A DNA stretch of 63,268 bases, the filler included, from Octopus bimaculoides (taxonomy: Eukaryota), in NCBI RefSeq assembly GCF_001194135.2. It is 5 parts of 5 records of this genome, joined end to end, with 100 filler letters (N's around TTAATTAATTAA, not from the genome) between each part and the next. Parts side by side here need not be neighbours in the genome. Positions count along the whole stretch, not along the records: positions 27,986 to 58,970 come from NC_068990.1; 4 more parts are not named here. The stretch is one strand, 5' to 3'. Shown one piece after another: positions 38,577 to 51,393 of this stretch (the first letter of the stretch is position 1; each line of letters opens with the position of its first letter). A program made the translations under genes and the position numbers. Below the pieces are notes generated by a model. It did no database searches. It was not told the origin of the DNA and saw nothing but the letters and a program-made list of their open reading frames with translations.

Positions 38577-38863
38577 NNNNNNNNNNNNNNNNNNNNNNNN
38601 NNNNNNNNNNNNNNNNNNNNNNNNNNNNNNNNNNNNNNNNNNNNNNNNNNNNNNNNNNNNNNNNNNNNNNNNNNNNNNNNNNNNNNNNNNNNNNNNNNNN
38701 NNNNNNNNNNNNNNNNNNNNNNNNNNNNNNNNNNNNNNNNNNNNNNNNNNNNNNNNNNNNNNNNNNNNNNNNNNNNNNNNNNNNNNNNNNNNNNNNNNNN
38801 NNNNNNNNNNNNNNNNNNNNNNNNNNNNNNNNNNNNNNNNNNNNNNNNNNNNNNNNNNNNNNT

Positions 38864-38898
<35 letters not shown>

Positions 38899-38911
38899 TA
38901 GAGAGATAGAG

Positions 38912-38970
<59 letters not shown>

Positions 38971-39877
38971 AAGATGTGTGTGTGTCTTTGTGTCCATCTC
39001 CTAGATCCACAAACAAGTCTTTGTTCGGCCTGAAGCGATAATAGAAACACTTGGCCCAGGTGCCACACAGTGGGGCCAAACTTGGAAGTATATGGTTAGG
39101 TAGCAAACCTCTTACCACACAGCCAAATCAATGTCTATCAGCAAATTTCTATGTTTGTGGCAAAGACAAAGTAAGCCTCACTATATATTTGTTATACAAA
39201 TTCATTGGTTACTTGAGAAAAAGAATAATTATGAAACGGATTTAATTAAGACTACTTCGAAAATGAAATATTTCTCTTAAGTTAATGCATTATACTGATC
39301 GAAGGGATCTCGATCAATGCACGTTACATGTTGGCATCAATGTATGTATGCTCAAAGGTTTCTCGCACAAATCTTTACTACAATGACACTAGTTACTAAC
39401 TCCAAAAGTTGCACCAGAAATTCTAAAACGTAGCATGACGCAAGTCACATTTTTTCATAATACATAAATTGATTTTTCCAAGAACCACTTTTGGCAGCGA
39501 CGTTTCCAAAGTAAGATTGATTGAGTCTTCACATATGCGAAGAATACTTGATTTGGTTTTTACAAAACTGCCATTTTCAGCTATATAGAATTATATAAAT
39601 ATCCATTTACAGTCTACATGGCTTGATTCAAATGTTGCATACACACGGTCTTGAAATAGAAGTGCAGTAATTTTCTTAAATCACACACGCGTGCATTTAC
39701 ATACCTCAAATATCAAATAACTGGAAATCAGTATACGGCTATAAAATTATTCAGATTTCACCAATAATATAAATGTATAGGTACGCATGAGTCTACTGGA
39801 ATAACATTTTTCTTCCTCTCTCTCTCGCTCTTTTTGTCTCTCTCTTTCTCTCACCATACGTGTCATTGAGTATGTTA

Positions 39878-39908
<31 letters not shown>

Positions 39909-40217
39909 NNNNNNNNNNNNNNNNNNNNNNNNNNNNNNNNNNNNNNNNNNNNNNNNNNNNNNNNNNNNNNNNNNNNNNNNNNNNNNNNNNNNNNNNNNNN
40001 NNNNNNNNNNNNNNNNNNNNNNNNNNNNNNNNNNNNNNNNNNNNNNNNNNNNNNNNNNNNNNNNNNNNNNNNNNTATATATATTTCTGTGTGTGTGTGGG
40101 GGGTGTATAATGAGTAAGACAGAGAGAGAAAAGTGCGAGAGAGGCTGACAAAGATTGAGAGATTTATATATTTATATATATGTATAAATATATATATAAA
40201 TTTATATATATACATAC

Positions 40218-40250
<33 letters not shown>

Positions 40251-40335
40251 GATATATATATATACATGCACACGCACACACACACATGCACATGTATATA
40301 CATGTGTATTGAGTATATGTGTGGGTATATGCATA

Positions 40336-40714
40336 TATGCAGTGGCTGTATGGTAAGTAGCTTGCTTACCAGCCACATGGTTCTGGGTTCAGTCTCAATG
40401 CATGGCTCCTTGGGCAAGTGTCTTCTACTATAGCGTTGAGTCGACCAAAGTCTTGTGAGAGGATTTGGTAGACGTAAACTGAAAAAAGCCTATCGTATAT
40501 ATGTATATATGCATATGGGTGTATGTTTGTGTGTCTGTGTTCGTCCCCCAACCATTGCTTGACAACCGATGCTGGTGTCTTTACATCCCTGTAACTAAGC
40601 GGTTCAGCAAAAGAGACGATAGAATAAATACTAGGCTTACAAAGTATAATTCCTGGGGTCAATTTGTTCGACTAAAGGCGAATAAAAGAATAAAAGAATA
40701 AAAGAATAAAAGAA
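40336..40714 (+). mobile_element. tRNA-derived SINE family B, near full length
   Basis: gcagtggctgtatggtaagtagcttgctt head, GGGTTCAGTC B-box, TTGGGCAAG CORE-like motif and (AATAAAAG)n tail. Confidence 0.9.
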
Positions 40715-41826
40715 TATATGTGTACGTGTGTCTTTTTGTTTGTGTCTGTGCGCGCATGCGTTTGTACGTGTGTGTGTGTGTGTGTGTCTGTGTGCGTGTA
40801 TGTGTGTGTGCGTGTATGTGTGTGTGTGCGTGTGTCTGTGTGTGTGTAACTAGATAGATTGATAAATTGTTATAGATATATATATGTATGCATATTTACA
40901 TGTATGTATGTATGTATGTATATATCTATCTTTCTATCTGTTTATATATATACATACATAGAGAGATAGAGAGATAGATACTTAGATAGAAAGATAGAAA
41001 CATACATACATACATACATACATACATACATACATACATACATACATACATGCATGCATACATACATATATGAGTATGGGAAATCCAGGCTACATATATA
41101 TTTCATAGCCAGTAGAACCTCATCAGAAGTGGTAAGATCCAAGTGAGGTGTATACCACCGGCTCCTCTTCAGGCCAAGGATATATTGATTAGATTAAAGA
41201 CTTCATTGTCACCAGGGGGCACACGTTGACTCAACAATTACATGAATATACANNNNNNNNNNNNNNNNNNNNNNNNNNNNNNNNNNNNNNNNNNNNNNNN
41301 NNNNNNNNNNNNNNNNNNNNNNNNNNNNNNNNNNNNNNNNNNNNNNNNNNNNNNNNNNNNNNNNNNNNNNNNNNNNNNNNNNNNNNNNNNNNNNNNNNNN
41401 NNNNNNNNNNNNNNNNNNNNNNNNNNNNNNNNNNNNNNNNNNNNNNNNNNNNNNNNNNNNNNNNNNNNNNNNNNNNNNNNNNNNNNNNNNNNNNNNNNNN
41501 NNNNNNNNNNNNNNNNNNNNNNNNNNNNNNNNNNNNNNNNNNNNNNNNNNNNNNNNNNNNNNNNNNNNNNNNNNNNNNNNNNNNNNNNNNNNNNNNNNNN
41601 NNNNNNNNNNNNNNNNNNNNNNNNNNNNNNNNNNNNNNNNNNNNNNNNNNNNNNNNNNNNNNNNNNNNNAAACAGAAAGAATTATAATTTCCAACGATTA
41701 TGTTTTTAATAACATATTTCCCACTACTGTCAGTTGTAAAATATTGATCGAAATCTTGGTTGCATTATTGGTGAAAATTGTTTCTCTCTCCTATTGTATG
41801 AGCGTTTGATTTATGGTTTGTGCGTT

Positions 41827-41881
<55 letters not shown>

Positions 41882-42739
41882 CAGAACGTCGAGATCTATT
41901 CACTTCACATCTCCAGCAGACGTCTGAGAAAGACGACGTCATCCTCGCACACTTGTGTCGGTGGTTAGTTCCCTATATACGAGACCTTTGTGGATCCTCC
42001 CGTCTGGCATACGATGTACGTGACGGTGCCGTTGGAACAAGGTGAATATTCTGGATATCAGATGATACAACGCCATCACCAGCTGACACAAAATTCTCCA
42101 GGTAAAGATCCATGGTTTTTCAAGACTGACTGATGCCTTAGATACATATATGAACATACACCTATTCATACATACATACATATTGTTGTGTATATTTATA
42201 TATTTAGATCAGCGAAGAAGTAGTCCATCCAGTGAGAGGTAAATAGCATTAAATGTAGACTGTTTAAAGACAAGAGCTACAAATTGATCCCCGCGGCGAA
42301 GACACGTGGCTAGACAAGTTTTCATTACATGCCTAGCCACCTATATACAGAGCAAGGACTATTAGTAGGATATTAAATAATGTAATACATACATTATATA
42401 TATATATATATGCACACACACAGACACACGAGTAAGAACATAAATGCGAAATAGAGTGGAGGAATATAGTACTCGAATACGGAGGTAGAGTAACAGGCTT
42501 CTTTTATTATTGAGGCTGCAAAAATATCACAGAAACTGCTACCAAGAGTTTCACGTTCGCATTTGTCAGGCAAGATCCTTCATCACATCTGCCCGACGAA
42601 CGGGAACATGAAACTTTTGAGTAGCAGTGTTTTGTGATGTTTTTGTAGCAGCTTTAATAATAAAAAAAGTGTGTTTGTGTGTGCATGTGTTTCTATAAGA
42701 ATGTGCCTGTGAGTGAGATATATGTGTGAGTGTGTGTGC

Positions 42740-42778
<39 letters not shown>

Positions 42779-42884
42779 TATCTTTGTGTGACTATATCTT
42801 ATGCATGTAGATGATGTAACGTTCGTACAGAATCTAATATAATTTCTTCGTGCCATAAGAAAAGGGCCTGCCATTTTGTGAGGA

Positions 42885-43275
42885 GGAGATTGTTGGTTAG
42901 ATCGTCTTACCTGTTTTGATTGACACTTATTTTATCGGCCGACCCCAAAGGGTGAAATGTAGAGTTTGGCTCCGATGGAATTTGAATTCGTAATGTGGAA
43001 CTGAAATTCTGCTAAGTATTTGCTCTGATGTGCTAACGATTCTGCCAGCTAGCCACCGTATTGTATCAAATTTTGGAATGAGTGAGAACATTTTCGGAGA
43101 TTGGATCGACTTCTTAGCTCGCCTCCAGTAAGTGACTGGTTTATAAAGTTATCGTTCCTGAAAGGATGAAAGACAAAATCAACATCCTCGGAATTTGAAC
43201 TCGGAAAGTTAGCCAGAAGAAATGAAACAAATCATATTACACGACACGCGAAGGGTTCTGCCACCTAGCGGCGTT
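42885..43275 (-). mobile_element. Two diverged SINE family A copies
   Basis: gctaacgattctgccagctagcc and gaaaggatgaaagacaaaatcaac...gaatttgaactc signatures. Confidence 0.75.
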
Positions 43276-44471
43276 AATAATGGTTAAATATGCGATTTTA
43301 CAGCTCTAACATATTTTAAATACAATCTTCTCACTGATTATATTTACACATTCAATGATATTTTATACAGCAGTACCTTCTCCAGAAAATCTCACTGACG
43401 TGCGTACGTGTCCTTGCCCGCATGCACACATATATACACATACATAAACACATACGCATGCATGTATGTGGTTATGGCACAAAATGGAGACAAATGATTC
43501 ATTAAAGTTTATGAAATTTACTAATATTGCGGTATCTCTCCTGCTTGTTCAACAATATACACAATCCACCAACATGCTCTACTCTTATAAGTGTTAATAA
43601 ATACACATATATATTTACAACTTACACGCACAAGGCAAGCACACATGAACACACAAGCACATATCTACGTAGGAAGAGTAAGAGGTAAATAGATAGAGAA
43701 AAGAAAAGTGTTTGTGTCCGGGTGTGTGTTTGTGTGTGTATACACGTGTGTGTGTGAAAGAGAGGAAGATAAGATGTTTCTGCATGTGTGTTCGTGCTTA
43801 TTTTTTCTATTTGTATGAGCGAACATTGTCCACATCCCTATTTACATGGGAATGTGTATAGGCCACTTACATCGTCCATTCAACTTTAGATCCATCTTCA
43901 CAGATTATTAATTATCGCCTTTGCAGTGTTTCACTGTAAACCCCTTGTAGATAATAATCCAATAAACCATCTGCTCTCTTAACTCTACCATGGCAACAAA
44001 AAATTATACGTTAGAGTACGAGCATATTATATACGATAAGACTAGGGCGATTGTTTGCCTTGTTATTTTCTTTGAAAACAAACGAATGTGCAAGCAGTAA
44101 ATAAGTGTTAATAATTTTGCACTCACTTGCTGTATCCAAGAATGGAATGAAATACAGTATGCATAAATGCATAAAGCGTTTCATTTCCTTTCTATTTGTT
44201 TATAAATGGCAAAGGTAACTACAAATATATAGATATTTTTTAATATTATTATGTTAAGTCAAAAGCTTTGCAATATTTTGGTAACTTATATGCTTTATTC
44301 ATCAAGTTAAAACAAAAGCAGTCTAGCATTTCAAGGAAAGGCCATCGAGTTACACCGCTTGAAGTAAGTTGTCTGTGACGTCTTTTATGCATGCTGATAC
44401 CAGTTTTTGTCCTTCGAGGTGCCCTTCACCGAAGCTTCCGCAGTCCGTTGGTTGATGAAGCGTCACGAATG

Positions 44472-44928
44472 CAGGGTGTGAGCCACAATATTCTTTTCTA
44501 CTCTAGGCATAAGGCTCGAAATTTTTAGGGTGGTGGGGGCAGTCGATTAGATCGAACCCCAGTATGCAACTGGTACTTAGTTTATTGAACCCGATTGGAC
44601 GCAAGGCAAAGTGGACTTCGGCGGTGGAATTTGAACTCAGAACGTAAAGACATACGAAATACCGCTAAGCATTTCGTCCGGCGTGCTAACGTTTCTTATT
44701 TCTTTATTGCCTACAAGGTGATAAACATAGAGGGGTCAAATAAAGACAGACAAATGGTTTAAATCGATTACATCGACCCCATTGCGTAACTGGTACTTAA
44801 TTTTTCGACCCCGAAAGGATGAACGGCAAAGTCGACTTCGGCGGAATTTGAACTCAGAACGAAACGGTGGACGAAATACCGCTAAGCAGTTCGCCCGGCG
44901 TGCAAACGTTTCCGCCAGCTCGCCGCCT
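44472..44928 (-). mobile_element. Two tandem young SINE family A copies; the right copy has an alternative Tx1-like 3' tail
   Basis: CpG-intact copies at about 44472-44692 and 44693-44928. Tail 44693-44745 differs from the usual family A tail. Confidence 0.9.
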
Positions 44929-45259
44929 TGAGTTAGTCATAATATTGCAAAACTTTTGACTCCATAAAATACACATACCTGACTTATAATGCAATACAAT
45001 CTAATTATTAAAACAATAAAAGATTTTTTCTGCCTGTCACCGTCCAGTGTTGGTTTTAAAGATGCAAACATTACACGCGATTGTCTTAAATACAATGTAT
45101 TTAAACAGATTTTGTCAGGACTTAAAATAATTTCCTTTTATTCCCTACTGGCTTCAGTCGTTAGACTGCGGCCAAGCTGAGCCACCGTCTTCACTCATGT
45201 TAAGTCGATTGAATCGACCTCAGTACGTTTTTGAAGCCTAGTACTTAACGCGTGTGTGT

Positions 45260-45301
<42 letters not shown>

Positions 45302-45362
45302 GAGAGCGAGAGAGAGAGAAAGAGAGAGACAGAGAGAGAAAGAGAGAGAAAGAGAAAGAGAT

Positions 45363-45935
45363 TCAAGCCACTTCTATATCAGATGGGATTGCTTCTACCC
45401 TTACCTTGGAAGTCTTTCTTCCAAGGTATGTGGGCAGAAGCACTACTTCCTCTGTTTTCACCGCCACACTCGCCAGCCTGCTCGCCTCCTCTACTGACCT
45501 AAATTGGACAACCATTGTCTCATATATCCTTCCTTTAGTTATGTATATTATTTCCTTTGACCGCTCCCCCGGCGCTTTTTCCGTTTCAGCTTCCACACGC
45601 TCGAGTTTTTTTCCCTTTTAACAAGAACACCTTATAGGTGATCGTTTTTCTCTCCATCCGCACCATAATTCGTTTGGGGGGACGACAACTTCACGTCACC
45701 TCCCACCTTCTGTACCATCTTCTCATACTCCTTCAGACCAGCCAAGTCCAACTCCCTTCGCTTCATATCCGTGGACTCAGCAAAACTCCTTGTCTTCTCC
45801 AACACTCCGTTTATCTTTATGACCGCCCTTACCAACTCCTCCTCTGCTCAAGACAACTCAGACCCGCTAAAGTCTGAGTACATCATCTCTACCCTCAAAG
45901 CAGTAAAATGAAAAACGTCCGACTCGCACACAAAC
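45363..45935 (-). mobile_element. L1/Tx1-like LINE 5' region and ORF1 fragment
   Basis: Minus ORFs MVRAVIKINGVLEKTRS... and ...TMVVQFRSVEEASRLASVAVKTEEVVLLPTYLGRKTSKVRVEAIPSDIEVA resemble the RRM-like ORF1 of Tx1-type elements (from recall). Ends in a (GA)n tract. Confidence 0.5.
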
Positions 45936-47289
45936 GACAAACCAAATGCACTCTGAGTGACGCATGCGCGGAAGCGAGCTTCTTACCACACATATACGCC
46001 TGCACTTATTTCTATAAATATGCTAACTCAAAATCAGTGCCATATGTAAAGTGTGGAATATTATGACAGACTAAAATGCCGATCTAGCAGAATCGCTAAA
46101 GCAAGGAACAGTGTTCTAGGCAGCATTTCTTTTGCCTCTTTAATTTTGGAGTTCAGATGCCGCTATTGGGTCGATAAAGTAAGTACAATTTTAGTACTGA
46201 GATCGAAGTAATTGGCTTGCTTCTCACCTCGAAATTGTGGCCTTGTGCCAGAATTACAAAGAATTATGACAGTGACTTAGTGGACACCACTTCCTTTAAA
46301 TCAATAGCGTTAATGACACTAAAATGTAATTGAATCTTATCCTAATTTCGCTTCTTCTGAAAGAAAAGGAATCAGTTCCAACGGAATATTCAATAACTTG
46401 TAGCTAGTTAATTATACAATTCTTTGAACTAACAATATCCAGGATCCAAGGCATCATTAAAAATACTTGACATTTTGTTTCGTGTTGCAGGTTTCTTAGA
46501 TCATTGTAATAAATGCAGATTGAGTTGTAGCAAGTGACACATATATGTTTTATATAGCAATAACATGTCTAACTCACCTCTCGTTCTTTGATTTCTATAA
46601 CCAATAATATTTTGTAGCACGTTGATTTCCACGAGTTAATTCTACATTGTAACAGGTCTTGCGTATTTAGATTCAGTCGCCTTTCCTTGGAATTTTATTC
46701 TTTTTGCATCGTTTATGATATTTTCTGATGGCCATTAACATCATACAATATAATACATCTGATACAACGCATCTGTTCTCTGTACGTTTTGTCCACTTAT
46801 AGCATTTGTAGTCCTTAGCAGTCATGTATATTTTAACGATGTGTCTTTAGAAGGAAATCTGATAATTGGGTTCTAACAACGTAGATGAGATAACATCTAG
46901 TTCACGTTAGCATTACCAAATTGCATTATCCCGTTGCAGAATCCTTTGCGTGAAGCCGTTCTCTAACATAACATTCTCAAATACGTAAGAGACTTAACGA
47001 GTTTCACTTGAGAGCCAAGTGCATGCGTCATCCTTAATAACAAAGACGTTGAATTACACAATGTGTACACATCCAAATATACACTGCAATGCCTATATCT
47101 GCATCCATATCTAAGATAACAGACCTAAATTACTGTTCGGCATCAAATATGAAAATTCCTTCGCAAACATGGCATCTCTCTCTTTTCGTAATGTTCAACA
47201 CAGTTTGTAAAATCATATTTAACCAACTCTGTTACCCTCTCTCTGAAATCGTTATTTGCAGATTAACTTGCAGAGAAATTTTCTAACCT

Positions 47290-47560
47290 GACAACAAACA
47301 GCCATCGAAGATCCTTCTCGAGCCATAGGCTCATAAGGCCGATTTCAGGATTCAGAGATTTATATACCCCCCCCCCCGCACTCCCAACTACCTGGATGGA
47401 TGTCAGTCTGTTGCAGGATTACTTATTTATGCCACTTCAATGGACTGGAACGACGGAAAACGAAAATGTAATGCTCATGAACACAACACATTACTCGGTC
47501 AAGGAATCGAAACCACGATCTTACGGTCATTAGTGCCAAGCCTCTAACCACTAAACCATG
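47290..47560 (-). mobile_element. tRNA-derived SINE (same tail family as 53383-53690)
   Basis: B-box GGTTTCGATTCC on minus near 47503-47515. Tail ttctcgagccataggctcataagg is the reverse complement counterpart of 53650-53675. Confidence 0.7.
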
Positions 47561-47669
47561 TGTCTCCCCTCTAACTGCATATTACGCAATGCTAGTTACT
47601 CATAAAATATAGAAAATGGAAAGACGTACAACCGGAAACAATCCGAATTGTATTGCAATTTGAAATCTT

Positions 47670-48090
47670 GTTCAGTCATTGGACTGCGGCCATACTGGAG
47701 CAGCATCTTAATAAGTTTAGGCGATTGAATCGATCTCAGTACTTATATTTATGTCTTATAATTATTCTATCGATTCTTAGGGCCGAACTGCTAGGTTACG
47801 GTGATGTAAACAAGCCACTCCCAGTAGCCAGACAGTAGTGGCTGGTAAAACACGGACACAAAGACAAGAACATGTATTCGACGAGCTTCCACGACGTTTC
47901 TGCATTGCACGGACATGCGCACGCAGAGATTCAAGTACAGTCCATTTATATAAACTGAGTGGATTGGAGCAAGGTGAAATAGGGTATCTTGTTGAAGGAC
48001 ACAACACAACATGCCGCCGGTAATTGAAGTGACGCCTTCACGATCGTGAGCCGAGACCACATAACCACTAAGCCAGGCATTATACTTACT
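47670..48090 (-). mobile_element. Diverged SINE family B-like copy
   Basis: ttcagtcattggactgcggccatactggagcagc...gccgaactgctaggttacgg...; head near 48050-48080. Confidence 0.7.
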
Positions 48091-48204
48091 ATAATTGCTA
48101 TATGACGTACGTAATCTGATCAATAAGTATCCGGATTGTTGCCATAGTAACGAAACTAAAGTATGCTGACTAAATCCACATGGCACAAATTGGTTTAAAA
48201 TTTG

Positions 48205-48635
48205 CTGTGCATGCGCACTAACTTTTAACGTTTTATCTCACTTCTGCTTTTTACAGCAGTGCCTTGAAGGAAGGTCTGTAGCGTGTTATCTTCGCATTGA
48301 GCATGACAGAAATTTGAGCAGTGATTCTGCATCAAATTTTGTCAAAAGCTTGGCGACATCTGCTTAGAGTCCTACGCAAAGTTTTCAAAAGGTTTAACTC
48401 ATTCCAGACACAGACACGGAGACGTTGTGCAACTGTAACCTGAATGTTTCTTTGGTTAGTTGAATGCAATTTTGGCAGAAACTTAGCAGACATATGCTTC
48501 TGAGCAGGTGCCGCCATGTCAGCTTTCTCTGTCATCGTCAAATCGACGATCACACCGTACACACGTTCCTTCCAGGCACTGCTTTAGACAGCAGATGTGA
48601 GCTAGAACATTAAAACTTAGTGCGCATGTACAACA
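48205..48635. mobile_element. Mariner-derived MITE with about 105-bp imperfect inverted arms
   Basis: 48205-48310 is an imperfect reverse complement of 48528-48635. The core encodes EQ*FCIKFCQKLGDICLESYAKF on +, a mariner transposase N-terminus. Confidence 0.75.
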
Positions 48636-50207
48636 GAGTTCAAGGTCAATCTTTGCGAAGCAGCTTTATTCTGCATGCTTTAACTTCGTTCCTATGGCAA
48701 TAGTCCGGATACTTATTGATCAGACCTCTTATACTAGCTTTACCTATTATTATTTATACATTGACAATACTAAGGTTAATTCCATATCAATTACATCATT
48801 TCCAAACAATATCTGCCTTCTCCATGTAGCAAAGCCTCATTGGTCAAGTCTAGCCTTGCGTGACACTCAAAGGTATCGATTCGGTCTTCGGAGAAGATAA
48901 CAATAGTCTGCTAAACCAATAGCTCAGTTGATGGTCTGGTCTTCATTATTTGGCGTAAGTTTCTTTCAGAATTTTATTATGAAGTTTTATAAATCATTTT
49001 ATTTGTATAAGTCATTGTATAATATGCAGCATAAATCCAATAAAGTCGGATTATTTATTTTAGCGATAACTCTAAAACTGCTCATGAACAAGCAATATCA
49101 ACAGGTATTATAGAATGGCAATTTTATAACACATACACACAAACCTATATGCATATACATACATATGTGTATGTGTGTGTGTGTATTTTCAGTGTGTATA
49201 AATAACACAGAAAAAAAATAAATAGTTACCAGTGTAAGCAAAAATTTACATAAATACCAAAGATGTAATAGCCTACTTATAAAGGTAGAAATTCTAGGAT
49301 TTGGTGAAACGTTCTTTTTAATACAGATAAATAAATAGAGTTAAACGCAGGGGTTATTCAAATCCTTATGCTTCCGATATATGTTTCAAAAGAAAACATT
49401 TATATTATTCCAAGAGGAATGTAAAATAATNNNNNNNNNNCATGCTAGCATGGAAAGCGGACGTTAAACGATGATGATGATGATGATGATATATATATAT
49501 ATATATAGGCAAAACGATGGCAACAGACAGTAGAAAACGTTTTATTGTATGTAGTTTATTTAAACAATTAATTAAAGCTTGAAATACGAAAAAGCCTCTT
49601 AATCAAACAGGTAAGTTAAAAATTATAAGCATTACCTGTGTCACATCATTGATTAATATACCAAGGTTACTACACCTTTCTAGTGAAAATATACAGAATA
49701 AGTCTTTTAGATGGCTTACTTTAGAGTAAAGTTTAGCTTAATAATTCCAAAAGTGGAATTATGATTTACAATTTATGCCTTATCATGGCGACATTGTAGA
49801 TGAGGGATTCTGCTATCTCAAGTGAATAGAGTAGGATCATTGAAGTCAATAACAATAGACGACATCCTTGGCAACATATTGGCTTCGTGTCAAGGAAACA
49901 TCAACAAAGAGATAACAGAAAAAAATGATAGTGAATAGAATCTGCTTCCGTTCTGTTTAACATAATATATTCGTTTATTAGCCTTCCCGGCAGTTTATTT
50001 CTCCTCATTATAACATTTTTGATTGTTTGTTTATTTGCGCTTTTTTTCTTTTCCGTCTCGTCTGCTATTTAAGAGCTATGAATACATATATACGTACATA
50101 CGTACATACATACGTACCTACGTACATACATATGTACATACATACATACTACATACATACACATACACACACCCACACACACACACAAATATATATATGG
50201 ATGTAAG

Positions 50208-50248
<41 letters not shown>

Positions 50249-50757
50249 NNNNNNNNNNNNNNNNNNNNNNNNNNNNNNNNNNNNNNNNNNNNNNNNNNNN
50301 NNNNNNNNNNNNNNNNNNNNNNNNNNNNNNNNNNNNNNNNNNNNNNNNNNNNNNNNNNNNNNNNNNNNNNNNNNNNNNNNNNNNNNNNNNNNNNNNNNNN
50401 NNNNNNNNNNNNNNNNNNNNNNNNNNNNNNNNNNNNNNNNNNNNNNNNNNNNNNNNNNNNNNNNNNNNNNNNNNNNNNNNNNNNNNNNNNNNNNNNNNNN
50501 NNNNNNNNNNNNNNNNNNNNNNNNNNNNNNNNNNNNNNNNNNNNNNNNNNNNNNNNNNNNNNNNNNNNNNNNNNNNNNNNNNNNNNNNNNNNNNNNNNNN
50601 NNNNNNNNNNNNNNNNNNNAAGTGCACACACATATATAATACACCCCCACACGCACACTCACACCCCACACAGATATAAATGCAGTTGCCTGTGTGTAAG
50701 TTTACGCTTTTACCTCTTTATGCGATTACTTGCGTATGTTCTTCGGTAAACGTCTAT

Positions 50758-50807
<50 letters not shown>

Positions 50808-51347
50808 TGTGTGTCTGTCTGTTCGCATATCGAATTATTCTGTGTCTATATGCGCCATATGCGTATGTGTGTGTCTGTGTGTAGAACTGTGTAGGTCAGT
50901 GTTCGTGTTTATGTAATAAGAAATAGAAAGCATGGAACTGAAGCTTTATCAAATTAACGTATCTCCCGCTGTGAAGAGGTCGATAGATCGTCTTCAGTTA
51001 TTGTCTACCAATATGTCAGGAACTCAATGAATCTGTCGAAGATTTCATGCAAGAGTAACAATGGTGTTTATGGTCAGAACGAATCATTGATCTGTAAATT
51101 ATTAATTTACTGAAAAGATTGTCTTCGTAATCTCACTTGTCTTTGAAGAAACGATTCCTAAACTGATAATAACATTCCTGAAAGCACGGAGTGGAACTGA
51201 TGACGAGAGATGATGGGAATAAGATAGACAGAGAGTGAGAGAGGAAGAAAGAGGAAGAGAGGAACACAGATGGAAAGAAGGAGTGAGAGAGCGAGGGAAT
51301 GTGAGAGACGTAAATTGATTTATAAATACGTTAGGGGAGCAATATAC

Positions 51348-51393
<46 letters not shown>

